DNA of 64,000 nucleotides from Cladosporium halotolerans (taxonomy: Eukaryota): positions 496,001-560,000 of the forward strand of contig NW_027191468.1 of assembly GCF_011745625.1 (NCBI RefSeq). The letters run 5' to 3'. A program made the position numbers and the translations under genes. The stretch's first letter is position 1. Every line of letters starts with the position of its first letter. The notes beneath the pieces were generated by a model, which ran no database searches, had not been told where the DNA came from, and was given only the letters and a program-made list of their open reading frames with translations. This document shows, in pieces, positions 1-11,582 of this stretch.

Positions 1-989
1 GCGCAGAGTCGAGATGCCGGCAATGCATGCTGGGATAAGTGAAGCGTACGATTTGTGAAGCATTTTCCGGAGCCTGGCGCAACGCCTCGCGGGGCCGCTA
101 TCCTCAAGCCTCGAGACTGGTGGCAAGGGAGTGCTGAGCCTGTAGCCTTTGGATACCAGCTCGACCTCCTGAATGAATTGCAAAGCACTAGTGCTCGAGA
201 TCTCGAACGCTTGCCAATTTGTTGTCAATTCCGTCGCGCCGCCTACGGCTTGTTGGCGGAGGTATTTTACCCACTGCTTTCGGACGTAAGCATAGCCCAC
301 CAGCGCAAGCAGTGCAAAAACGGCCATCACAAAGGTTACGCGACCCTTGTTGAGATATCCTCCTTTTGCCGACCTTGCCCAATGGATCAACCAAACTGCT
401 GCGAAAGCAACCCCTGCCGTTGCAGCCGCGCCATAGAGACTGTTCGCGTTGTTGAAAATGGCCGGTTCGTTCGCAACGCCATCTGCGCCCTGACTTGATA
501 TGGCCGTAGGTGGTGGTAAGGAGCCTTGATCCAAATACTCGTTCAGTAGCTGTGAGGCCACCAGTGTGTAGCGGAAGTGCTCGAGGAACTTCGCATTGTC
601 CGCAGCCCCAAGGCGGGAGTTGACAGCTGTTGACCAAGCATTGTGGAACTGGGTCAGGGAAGCTCGCGTGTTCGGAGGGCTCGCGATGTGTATGGGTGGG
701 AGGATCTTCCGGCGCAGGCGTGACGCGGGTGCAGGCAACGCGCTCGAGGGAGCGAATGATGTGGGCTTGTCGGCATCTTGCGCTCGAAGAGAAGGACTGT
801 GGTCTACGTCGCTGTCATGGCTTGGATCATACGAGCCCTCGCCTGCACGGCTCTTGTCAGCACGGCGCTTGCGAGCGTCTCCGCGGAAAGACGGTCCGAG
901 AAGGTGGGCAGCGAGGATAGTAGTAGGATGGAGGACCAACCTTCCAAGTAGGCAGCTAGAGGTGTACCGTCTGCATATATGGGCTCCAT
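1..989 (-). CDS. vezA: Vezatin-like (myosin-binding domain) protein, 5' part; runs off the window start. Exon 1 989-941, intron 940-843, exon 2 842-<1
   Basis: Spliced translation MEPIYADGTPLAAYLE/GEG...DNAKFLEHFRYTLVASQLLNEYLD...two hydrophobic segments...FIQEVELVSKGYRLSTPLPPVSRLE matches motifs I recognise from fungal vezatin homologues. Intron is GTTGGT..GCTGAC..CAG. The ORF track misses exon 2 because it has no start codon. Confidence 0.85.
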
Positions 990-2851
990 TCCATGACCCG
1001 CCTACGGGCGTGGGGGCAACTCGCCGGTCAGATGGGATTCAGGGTGCGGCCGTCTGCGCGTGGGATGATGTTGGTGTTGGTGCTCGGCTTATGGCTTGTG
1101 GGTCGCGTGAGTTGGTGACTGGACTGGTATACGGCGGTGACAGGGTGTTGCGACAGAGTGTTGTTTGTTTGGGCAAGGTGACGCACGGCGGCAGAGGTCG
1201 AGATTACAGACCATGTGTTCCAAACGGCCGCATGGGCGAAGTTCATGGAGATCACAAGGGTTGGCGCAACGGTCCCCCTGGCGCTGGCGCGCCTAGACGT
1301 GCCGTCCGTCGCCAGTGCACGCGCTGCAGATTGTGGGGTCGGTCGGCCACATGCTTTGGATTGGAAACGTGGTGTGAGTGCCCTCAAGATTGTGCTGCAC
1401 CAGCATATGACAATACAGGAGTGGCTTCTCTGACTCTGACGCGTGGTTGATCGACGAACACACGGAATTGTGGTGCCTGGCTGATTAGACTTCCACCTTG
1501 CGTGACGCCGCCAGCATCAAACCTCCGAAGCCCATCGTCATCCGTCAACGGCCGGGCCCTGATGTGGGAATTATTAGCACGACGCCGTGGCGCGGGACAT
1601 GCGCCTCAATGAACGCCTCACTGGATCTACGCCTTACACATCTAAAAGGCATTTAAATTCGTTGCTGATTTGCAGCAAAACCACTTTCATTCGCAACTCG
1701 TTAATTTATGCACATGCACCGAGGGCAACGTCCAGAAAGAGTGCACGCCTTGCAAGGAAATACCATGCACTTCGGCGCTGACCTCACTCCGTCGACCGCT
1801 GCTGTATGCGGATTCACGCCTATACCTCGCGATTGTGCGATGATCGATCGATGTTGGACACCTGCATCTCCCATCTCAGCTCACTCACACCTAGGTAGCG
1901 AGACTGCCTTCCTTTCGATGATGTTTTGGGGCTATGTGCGGCCGTCTAGGGCCGAGGTGCTGCATAATTAGGTTGTTGCTGCGATAAGGCCGGCTGACTA
2001 CGGCTCTCTACACACCATAAGGTATCCTTACATCCGTTCACCTCCGCCACCAACTGATCGACGTCACGGTACAACAGCAGCCTAGACTTCATGTTTCTTC
2101 ATGGCACCTCGCTGCTGGAGCCGTATACTTTCGTTGCAGCAGAGTAAGCCTGGCTAACATCAGTCGATGAATAATCTTCGTGAGGCTCCGGCAAACTTCA
2201 GCTCGGCAGCCGGTGCTTCGTAATCATGAGCCGACCTCACTTGCCCACCAGATGATGACTTCACGTCGCACAGCACACTGTAGGCACTCGCAAGGGCAAG
2301 TACCCGTCACCGTCATTTCAGCGGCCTTGCTCTGTGACTGCATGCTTCCACGTTCTCTGCAGGTACTTCCACGGACCCTACGGTGCCGATCTTCCCTATG
2401 ACAGGCAATCACAGGGAGTCGCGGATGAGAGGCGTTCGGTTCGTGGCCTAGTAGGCCACAACCTTCGCTCCCTCCGAGTAAGATTGGAGTCGCCACCTTT
2501 CCTGGGCGTCAGCTCGGCCAGGCGTAGACCTATCTTCGAGGCTATGCATCTCGGTCCACGCCTGCTTGTCGAGGCCATGACATAATCACAGTAACGATGC
2601 GCTCTCTTCCATACCTCCAGGTCCGACGCATCAAGTCATCACGGATATGTCTCTCTCCGCTACGTGCTTGGGAGTGACTGGCTTCCTCCATTCACAGTCC
2701 GCTTGGGCGGACAAGCGAACTGCAGAACGATAACCGCTTGCCCGGGCGCGATGTGAGGCCTATGAACGATTGCATCTTGCGAACGCGAGCTGTCGACGCT
2801 GTCCACTTCAGCCTTCATATAAGACGCTGGTGTAGGCAGTACCGCTCAAAG

Positions 2852-3709
2852 ATGTCACCTCCCAATATCAGACCACGCTTGATCCCCGCTCTACCCAGCA
2901 TGAACGAAGACCAGCGTATCGCCGCCTGCAAAACGGCCATCGCCCAGATCTACACCATGCTGCGGTCCTCACCCCAGCAGTGGCGAAGCTTCCTCGCTCT
3001 GGCGCGAGCAACCATCGCATCTCTGGACAGCACGACTCTCATGCAGCAAGCAGCGCGAACGCCCGAGCAAGTCTGGATCACAACAGCTCTACAGCTGATC
3101 GCTACCAAAGACGTCGAAAACGGCGCCGTCGCCGACATCGCTTCCTGGTGCTCGCGCCAGTGGCTACTCATCCTGCAACGCGACTCGCAGAATCTCGCGG
3201 CGCTGAGGGGGCTGGGTCAGATGTGGCTGTCGCGGGCGCAGCCTTCGCTGGCACGCATTCATGCGGGTCAGAGTCGAGCTGGCTCGGAGTCGGCAGCGGA
3301 GGCCGAGCGACGAGTTGGTGCCGCAGAATACGTTGAAGCGAGGGGCATTTTGCAGCCAGCGGTTGAGTACCTGGAGAAAGCGGTCGCTGCGGCGTCGAAG
3401 CAGAGCGCGTTAGCGGGCGATCTTCTGGCTAAGGTGGGTTCGAGAAGTGATCTGTAAGATCGAAGTAACGACGACTGAGTGTGTGTTCTAGGCAGCGGAA
3501 GCGTACATGTCGCTAGGGAACGTCTCAAGTCCCAGATCGAACGAACAATACTATCGCCGCGCTTTGCAGCTTCTGCAGAGGGCTTCGCAGATACAGGGGT
3601 ATCAGCTGCCTAATCATTTGCAAAAGTGAGTAGTTCGGGAGGACAGCAAATACCGGGCTCTGACTTAGTGAACAGATATCTGAACGACTATGGCAAGCTG
3701 TATAAGTGA
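2852..3709 (+). CDS. Conserved hypothetical alpha-helical (TPR-like) protein; introns 3434-3491 and 3626-3675
   Basis: ATG at 2852, GT..AG introns that keep frame, spliced C-terminus AAEAYMSLGNVSSPRSNEQYYRRALQLLQ...YLNDYGKLYK*. TPR-like amphipathic pattern; function unknown. Confidence 0.72.
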
Positions 3710-4103
3710 GCAGTTGGCCGCTCCATATTCGGATCCTTGCTCTTGACCAACACAAGCATCTTTGTGACGCGTGCATGCGAGCAGAAAATGGGACTGTCCT
3801 ACAAATGTATTAGTATAGACAAAGTATCATTCAAGAGCAACATATATTCAATGACTTGGTCTAAGAGCATGCGACAGGACACAGTACGCTTCTATCCCGC
3901 TGTTACTAATTATAGTCACGTCGTTAGTCATCCGGCTAATAGAGCGTCTGGCTCTAGGCCTCACACACTACGGAATTCTTACTATATTCCTTTCTTCCGG
4001 AAAAACATATATGGTCATGTAGCTCTCCTATGCACGCTTTACCCAGGGTCTCTGCAGCTCCCAACTCCTGGACTGTCAACTAGATCTACAGCACTCAGGC
4101 AAA

Positions 4104-5255
4104 ATGGCAGATGAGTGGCAAGAGGAATCAAAGAGCTATGCAATCCATTTGCAGGAGTTGCAATCCGCATGCAAGGCAAAAGATACCTTGCGTATCAGCT
4201 CGCTCCTCCGCGAAGACTTCATCAAAGCCACCGATGCGAGCGCATGCCTGCCCATGGCATGGCCACACGTCGAGGCCATGCGATTGCTTCTCGAGCACGG
4301 CGCTGACCCCAACGTGTGTGCGACGGTATGGTATATGAAGAAGTCGATTGGAGTCGTCAAACTTCTTGTAGAATTTGGGCACGACATCCGGACCACTGGA
4401 CATCTTATCTTGCAGTGAGGATTTGTAAAGTGACATTCCATGATCATGGCAATGCTAATGACCGCCAGAGATTTCGCTCACGATCGAGAAGCCCTTGACT
4501 GGTTGCTTGACCATGGTGTAGACGCCAGTCGCACCGATCACAAGCGCGTCGATACCGGACGCCCACCAGGTGGCGCTCATGACTATTCCCTGAAAGTATT
4601 GAACAACATTGCGGCACGAGGCGACATCGAGCTCTTCGATCACATAGTGAAGCGCGGTGCCGACCCTCACCGTAGCCTAGCACTGCATTGTGCATCCAAA
4701 TGCCCAGATCCCGAGAAGGCCATGGCCATGATAGATCACCTGCTGGAAGTGCACAACATGGACATAGAAGCCGACAATGAGAAACTACGAGACTTCTTCC
4801 ATGCGGCGGGTGATTCTGGCACACCGTTGAAATGTGCAGTGTACTACCAAAATCTACCTGCGGTCCGAAAATTGCTGGAAAGAGGCGCGAATCCAGAAAA
4901 GGCTGTGTATACCACGATTGACAGTGCCATTTCTGCGCCGTGGGTGCCGGCCCTCGAGCCCCTGCTAGATGCCGGTGCGAGCGCCGACGATGCGCTCGAG
5001 CACGCGGTCGATCATTTGAATTTCGAGGCCGCAAGGATATGCGTGGCAAAGGGTGCAGATGCTACCATGGTGCTCGGGAAACAGCACTCTCGAATCGCTA
5101 AGATTCAGGCGGGGACTTTTGATTACGAGAGAGATGCGGAACCTGGAGCACAAGGCTATTGGTCCGAGGACGACGAGGAGACTGCGGGCGAGAGGAGGGA
5201 TATGAGGGCACTTCTGAAGTCGGCAAGTCTCGATAAGCCAACAGAGAACTGCTAG
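4104..5255 (+). CDS. Ankyrin-repeat protein; intron 4415-4468
   Basis: Repeated ankyrin signatures (LLLEHGADPN, LLDHGVD, GTPLKCAV...LLERGANP, LLDAGA, KGAD). Intron GTGAGG..GCTAAT..CAG joins the two ORFs in frame. Confidence 0.85.
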
Positions 5256-5839
5256 GCAGAGGCGCTTCTGGGTCTAATCTATTGCGCCTAGCGATGAACG
5301 GTGATAAGTAACATCACACGCTTGATCTCAATCGAATAGTTCGAAAAATATGGTACCTAGTTAGATGCTACCCAAAGCAGAATGTAGACATGACCTGGAA
5401 GATAGCAAGATCCACCATCTCCAGACCGAGCGCACGGACTTCGTTCTGGCGCTCGACCCGATTGGGCAGCCCCGGGTTCACCACGTTCACCTTCGGCGTT
5501 GCATCTGCACCTTCAGGTAAGGCATGCGCCAGCACAGAAAGATACCATTAACTCATCTTTACATCGTTACTCTCTGGGCCACGCACTCAAGTGTGTCCAA
5601 ATAGAATCACCCCATATCGTGATTGCCTTGCACCCGACGCGGGCCAACCTCGACGCCGAAAAGTCCGCGGATCGCGAACATCAGCTCGGACGTAACGCAC
5701 CTTTTCGTCCGCTGACTTGACTTCACTTCGCCTCACTTCCATCGATCTACGCTGCGGTACCAGGCGTTGTAGTCGCTCGGCTGCGTCCTCGATCCGACTT
5801 CGCCACCAATAGTCCCCTGCACAGAGACGTCACCACGCC

Positions 5840-6232
5840 ATGCTCGACGAACGCCAGCTCGCCCTCAAGCCCATAGTAGGCGAGAGTGTCGGCCACAACG
5901 CTCGTGTAAGCGTCTCTTCCATGCCTCACTCTATCTTGGTTTATCGCACTAACGTACCTGTCTCTCAGACCGTCTCCAACATCCGCGCCCTGACAGCCTC
6001 GCTCTTCGGCGTCGCCGCCGGCACGCTCGGCCTGGAATCCCTGCCCGGCTTCTTCTTCTACTTCGTCGGCACCGCCATCGTGTCCCTGCTGGTCTTCTCG
6101 CTGAAAGCGAACGGCGACGCAAGCGCGTACTTCTTCCGGCCGGTGGGCGATTTCTGGATCGGCGATCTGTTCGGCGGGCTGATGAGTTTCGTGCTCACTT
6201 GGACGCTGTTCTATGGGCTTTGTAAAGCCTGA
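5840..6232 (+). CDS. EMC6: ER membrane protein complex subunit 6; intron 5906-5968
   Basis: HN..TVSNIRALTASLFGVAAGTLGLESLPGF and C-terminal GLMSFVLTWTLFYGL are EMC6/Rab5ip signatures. Intron is GTAAGC..ACTAAC..CAG. Confidence 0.92.
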   Translation: MLDERQLALKPIVGESVGHNARVSVSSMPHSILVYRTNVPVSQTVSNIRALTASLFGVAAGTLGLESLPGFFFYFVGTAIVSLLVFSLKANGDASAYFFRPVGDFWIGDLFGGLMSFVLTWTLFYGLCKA

Positions 6233-7075
6233 TCTTGTGGTTTTCTGGTTTTGTAACGCTTTCTGGCCTTGGAGCTGGTATGAAGCAGTCCTGACTAGGG
6301 GTTCTATTCGCTGTGGCAGGGTCGATGGGGACTCCAGACGATTCTTGTGGCCATTTGTCGATTTCGCCTTGCACGACTAAATCGAGGAGGTCTAGTGACG
6401 TGCAATCTTTGGAAACGCCGACCTGTGGGTGCAGCGATTCACCTCTATAGTAATTTCCACTTTCAGAACGGTCTCACGCCTCGCATGGGCCGCGCTTCAG
6501 CTCGCCTGGCTCAACTCTTTCGAATCACTCCCGGCGCTACCAAAGACGAACTGGTCTGTGAATATCTAGAAGAAATTTTTGGCGAGATGGCACGGTTCAC
6601 TTCACGATTGGCTGAGTAAGAATCCCCGTCTGCTATTAGATGCAGAAGGATTGGGGAGACATCTGCAGTGCCCGTAGCTCTATTACACAAATTTTTCATC
6701 TCATAATGCCTCCAGATTCAATTGGCATAGCGCGCGAAGCAAGAGCGCTGCTAAACTGTACGCACAGTTCACATAAATAGTGTCTTTGCCGTTCACATGC
6801 GTCCCGCAAATGCTATGAACAACAGCATGTGCAAGACATCTTAATATTGAGTCAAAGGCATTGAGTATATTCTGTTCAATAATGGGTCATACGCAATCGC
6901 CTGCGAACATTGAAGATATGTCTCATTTGAGAGAATGTCAATCTTATCAGATCATCTTCAGCGGGAGGGGCCGCCGCAACCCCAGACTCGCTTCTCGAGA
7001 AAAAGTTCAAGTCTCAAAGCCGACCAGTCTTTGGATCGCCTGGCCGAAAGCTCTCACACACCACATCCCACAACC

Positions 7076-9658
7076 ATGCCCGCCTCGCAATTGAAGCGGC
7101 TGAAGGCGTCGCTGCGCGAGCAGGGCGTCACAGGACCGCAGCAGTCCAAAAAGCAAAAGAAAGAGCACAAGGGCCGCTCCGGCCAGGAGCGCGTCGAGCG
7201 CAACGCCGCGATCCAGCAGATCCGCGACTCCTTCAATCCCTTCGAGCTGCGCCAGGCCGCGCGCCCGGCCAAGTTCCCCAGCGCGAGCAGGAAGGATGCG
7301 AACGACGGCAAGGCGTCCGGCCGCTACAAGGATGTCCTCCACAGGCCGGGCGTCAGCAAGAGCGCGGGCGAGCAGATGCGCAGGGCCACGCTGCTGCCGG
7401 AGATGCAGAGGAGGAACAAGGCGGGCGGGCTGGTGGATCGCAGGATTGGCGAGGGAGACGTCGGGATGACGCCTGAGGAGCGCGCGACGGAGCGGTTTGC
7501 GCTGGAGAAGCAGCGGAAGAAGGGAGGGTCGATGTTTGATCTTGAGGCGAGCGATGATGAGGGTGGGTTTGGGTTAACGCACGGTGGGCGCAGTATTGCG
7601 GATCTGGCTGGGGATGACTTCAAGGATGATGTTTCGGGCGGCTCGGACGATGAGTCTGACGGCGAGCTTATCCGGAAGAAGCGTCGACGATCTGACGTTG
7701 ACGATGAGGAGGAGGACCAGCAACCTTTGCCGGAGGAAGCGAAGGAGGAGCCGGAGCGGAAGAAGACAAAGAAGGAGGTCATGGAGGAGGTTATTGCCAA
7801 GTCGAAGATGCACAAGTACGAGAGGCAGAAGGCGCAGGAGGAAGATGACGAGCTTCGTGAGAAGATGGACAAGGAGATGACGGACATGTTGGACCTGCTG
7901 AAGGGATACAAGCCGCCGCCGAAGGCACAACCGGCCGAGGCAGCAGCGCCGCAAGGCGGCAATGCCGGTATCAACCCTGACCGGCAGAGGTTGATTGATG
8001 GAATGGATCGCGCGGCGGCCGACAAGGAATACGACGTTCGCATGCGCCAATACGCCCAGGATACTCGCGCCAAACCCTCCGACCGCACAAAGACCGAGGA
8101 AGAGAAGGCGGTTGCGGAAGCAGAGCGCCTGCGCAAGCTCGAGGAGAAGCGTGCTAAGCGCATGAACGGCGAGGAGGTTTCTGACGACGAGGCGGAAGAG
8201 GGCGCCGACACTGGTGCTGACGCCGCTCAACGTGAGCTGAATGGAGATGACGACTACCACGACGAAATGGCAGAATTCGGCTTCACTTCGTCGAACGCGC
8301 CACAAAAACCTGCGAAGGAAGAGAAAGCCGTGCAGCCTGACGAGGACGATTTCGACTTAGATGACGACTTGATCGCGAGTGGGTCTGACGCCGAGGATAG
8401 CGATGTCTCTGTCGACGAGGATATGGTGGATCTTGGATCTGGATCTGATGCGGAGTCGGAGGAGCAGGAGCCTGCGGTTGATGAAGAGGACGAATTTGTT
8501 GAAGATGAGGATGAAGACACATCTGCCGGTAAGACGGGTGCAAACATGACGGATCTGGGCGTCAGGTATACCTACCCTTGCCCTCGGTCACACACCGAAC
8601 TTCTGGATGTCATCAAGGATGTCCCGGTTGAAGAACTACCTGTCATTGTACAGCGCATCCGCAAGTTGCATCACCCCTCACTGTCCGCCGCGAACAAAGA
8701 GGCGATGGCTGATTTCTCGGAGGCACTTGTTGATCACATCGCTTACATGGGAACCAACGATCAAGCGCTGGCAACCATCGAGCGGCTGATCAGACATCTT
8801 CACTCGCTCTCACGGACCTATCCTACAGAGATTGCCACGGCTTTCAGAACGCAGCTTCAAGCTTTCCACGAGCGAGGACAGCCCACAGCTGGCGACTTGG
8901 TCATCCTCACTGCGATTGGATCTGTGTACCCACCCAGTGATCACTTTCACCAGGTCGTCACCCCTGCGGTCACACTCATGGCTCGCTGGCTAGGCATCAC
9001 AAACCCGACCAGTTCCACGCACCAAACACAAGGAGCTTACCTTGTTCGCCTTGCTCTGAACTACCAGAAGCTCAGTAAACGCTACCTGCCGGAGGCCGTT
9101 CGTTTCACACTGCGGGCACTCTCCGCGAAACCCGCACCTGATGCTGCCCAGAAGCAAGCACATCTGGAGAATGTCATCGCCATGGCCAATCTTTGGAAAG
9201 ACAAGACCGCTTTCACCGAGATCTTCCAGCCATTCGTTACCACCCTCTCCAAGTCCGGCGCCGCAAAGAAGGACGTCCAACACCTCAAAATCCTCCTCGA
9301 TCAAGCTCGCCTTCACCGCCGTCCGCTCGCTCTGCACAACCACAAGCCCCTCTCCATCCGCACCAGCATCCCCAAGTTCGAGGAAGCCTTCAACCCAGAC
9401 AAGCACTACGATCCGGACAAGGAGCGCTCCGACGCCGCCAAGCTGCAGAAGGAGTACAAGCGCGAGCGCAAGGGCGCCCTCCGCGAGCTGCGCAAGGACG
9501 CCAACTTCATCGCGCGCGAGCAGCTGCGCGAGAAGAGGGAGCGCGACGCCGCGTACGAGAAGAAGTACAAGAGGCTGGTGGCGGAGATTCAGGGCGAGGA
9601 GGGCCGCGAGGCGAAGGAGTACCAGAGGGAGAAGATGAAGCGGAAGGGGCAGCGGTGA
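7076..9658 (+). CDS. NOP14: Nucleolar protein 14 (SSU processome / 40S biogenesis)
   Basis: MPASQLKRLKASLREQG start, NPFE, KTKKEVMEEVIAKSK, acidic linker, and IPKFEEAFNPDKHYDPD...ERKGALRELRKDANF C-terminus. ATG 7076 has a good context (CAACCATG), so I prefer it over the ORF-track start at 6935. Confidence 0.95.
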   Translation: MPASQLKRLKASLREQGVTGPQQSKKQKKEHKGRSGQERVERNAAIQQIRDSFNPFELRQAARPAKFPSASRKDANDGKASGRYKDVLHRPGVSKSAGEQMRRATLLPEMQRRNKAGGLVDRRIGEGDVGMTPEERATERFALEKQRKKGGSMFDLEASDDEGGFGLTHGGRSIADLAGDDFKDDVSGGSDDESDGELIRKKRRRSDVDDEEEDQQPLPEEAKEEPERKKTKKEVMEEVIAKSKMHKYERQKAQEEDDELREKMDKEMTDMLDLLKGYKPPPKAQPAEAAAPQGGNAGINPDRQRLIDGMDRAAADKEYDVRMRQYAQDTRAKPSDRTKTEEEKAVAEAERLRKLEEKRAKRMNGEEVSDDEAEEGADTGADAAQRELNGDDDYHDEMAEFGFTSSNAPQKPAKEEKAVQPDEDDFDLDDDLIASGSDAEDSDVSVDEDMVDLGSGSDAESEEQEPAVDEEDEFVEDEDEDTSAGKTGANMTDLGVRYTYPCPRSHTELLDVIKDVPVEELPVIVQRIRKLHHPSLSAANKEAMADFSEALVDHIAYMGTNDQALATIERLIRHLHSLSRTYPTEIATAFRTQLQAFHERGQPTAGDLVILTAIGSVYPPSDHFHQVVTPAVTLMARWLGITNPTSSTHQTQGAYLVRLALNYQKLSKRYLPEAVRFTLRALSAKPAPDAAQKQAHLENVIAMANLWKDKTAFTEIFQPFVTTLSKSGAAKKDVQHLKILLDQARLHRRPLALHNHKPLSIRTSIPKFEEAFNPDKHYDPDKERSDAAKLQKEYKRERKGALRELRKDANFIAREQLREKRERDAAYEKKYKRLVAEIQGEEGREAKEYQREKMKRKGQR

Positions 9659-10121
9659 TTTGGAGGTGGTCTTTTCTTTGTAGGAATACATTGCTCGGCT
9701 TCGATACTAGGCATCGAGACAATAGAATGCGCTGCGGCCCGACCGCTTCGGCGACTATCACAGTTTCCCGTCTCATAATGCTATCCTACTTGCACCGATC
9801 CAAAGTCACTATTTTTCGACGAGTTGAAGTACTTGCTCAGCATGCGATGAATTATGCAACCGATGAGGATGTCTGTGGTCCGCGGAATACTTGTTGTGGT
9901 TAACCAGTTACCCATGATCCACGTCGTTGCTCTTCCCGCCCTCATCCCCGTTTTGCCATTTTCGAGGAAACTGTTCGGATAATGGTACAATCATAAAAGA
10001 AGTCACGAGCTTCAAACCAGTCACTCAAGAACTCTAGCAAACATAGTCGCCAACGAAGATGAGAAGCTAGCAACCCATCAATATCTTGCTCTGCAAGAAT
10101 CGCCGGGTGCATGGGGTAGCC

Positions 10122-10133
10122 AGGGTTAGGGTT
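10122..10133 (+). repeat. Two telomere-type repeats (AGGGTTAGGGTT), interstitial telobox
   Basis: Exact match to two TTAGGG-permuted units in intergenic DNA; function not shown. Confidence 0.4.
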
Positions 10134-10549
10134 GTTGTTGTTGCTAAGAGTATCATCGAAGCAGGCATGACTGGGTTGACTGCAAATTTCTGCATATTGC
10201 TGTCATATCTTCGCTAAGGCATGAGATGGGCAGCTCAGCATATTAGTGGTGTCTGGGAGGGCGTGATTAACGGAAATCTCTCATGAGAAGCCTGCGATAG
10301 CAAATCGGTGGTGCCGAACACACCAACGCCAAAGATCCACTGGAAAGGACTCGCAACGATCATAGGAGCCGATGTATATTCAACTTTCCCCGATCAGAAG
10401 GAAATCGTAGATAAGCGATAGAGGAGTAGTACATGCATCGATCACCAAAACATACCTCGTCGCCGGTCACGATCAATTGTACAGGGCAACAACTTCACCA
10501 TCGAAGCCCATCCCTGCACATTCTCGCGCATCCTTAGAAAGGTCATTGA

Positions 10550-11400
10550 CTAAACAACATTACATAGTCGAACCCACCCTGCTACAGAACCACTTGCAAA
10601 TATCCATCTAACCCCCGACACAATCACAATCACGAACACACCAACAACACACTCATCTGCGTCCCACCTCCCACCGGACATTACTCCACTCATCCACCAT
10701 CCAATAACTGAATCAAACCACGCCCACGCACAGGCATACACCAGTCTCGCCGTAATGAACCAGAACAACACACCGCTTACTGTTCACACTTACCCTAACA
10801 CCACTGTACACAACGGCAGCTCCAACCGCGCGGGAAAGTCAAAATCAAACTCTCATCAAAAACCGCCGCGGGACCAACGCACCTGCGTCCGCGGACGAGC
10901 AGCCAACGGCTCGGGCGCGTTGGAGATACTTTAGCGCGTGCCTGGTTTCGCTGCTAACGTTTACTGCAAGTTTGTGTGCCGTGCGTGCATGATGTCTCAC
11001 GGCAGCGAAGGCAAGTTCCGATCAGCGCAAGCCGTGCCGTTGTGGGGAGGGAGGGAGGCAGGACTGTAGATTTCGGCTGGCGGGGACGAGGGATAGGGGT
11101 TCGCGCTATTGTGTTTCTTAGATCTCGGTGCTCGTGGCGTGGCGTGGGGGAAAGTGTCGATTCAACGGCTTTTTTGGATAATGTCTCATGTCCCCAGGTT
11201 CTTGCGGTGCCCTGGGTCGTGTGGGGGAGTCTGGGGATTTGTCTTGAGGTTACGGTATGTTGGGCTTGTTGTTGTTTCGGCGGTATATTGTGGGAATGGT
11301 CTTTTTGGGTTTCGGGCTGGGAGTGGGAGGGAGGTTCTCGACTGCGCGGGTGGTGGTGCAGGGAACGAGCGTGTTGATGGCGGGAAGGCGGCAGAGTGAC
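10550..11400. ncRNA. Candidate structured non-coding transcription unit (unidentified)
   Basis: No credible ORF. Nested inverted repeats, e.g. CACAACGGCA 10809-10818 / TGCCGTTGTG 11035-11044, and TTCGCTGC 10947-10954 / GCAGCGAA 11002-11009. Family and strand not determined. Confidence 0.3.
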
Positions 11401-11582
11401 TGCATGTTGAGTCTAGGCACACGGAAGCATTTCCAAGCATTGTGCTCGTCGATCCCTCGACCGAACGAAGCACGCACTATAGAGCAAAAAAAAGCACGCT
11501 GGGTATCACCGACAACGCAAGTAAGAAGCCCAAAAAAACGTAGTCTCCAACAAAACCCCGACCGATCGAGCCTGATCATCAA

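Noticed and set aside
596..1450. 284-aa plus-strand ORF and other ORFs in the first 1.5 kb
   Set aside because: Overlaps antisense to the well-supported vezatin gene and its upstream region; no domain signal.
10828..10845. GGGAAAGTC as RNase P/MRP CR-I
   Set aside because: No complementary CR-V/P4 partner found downstream.
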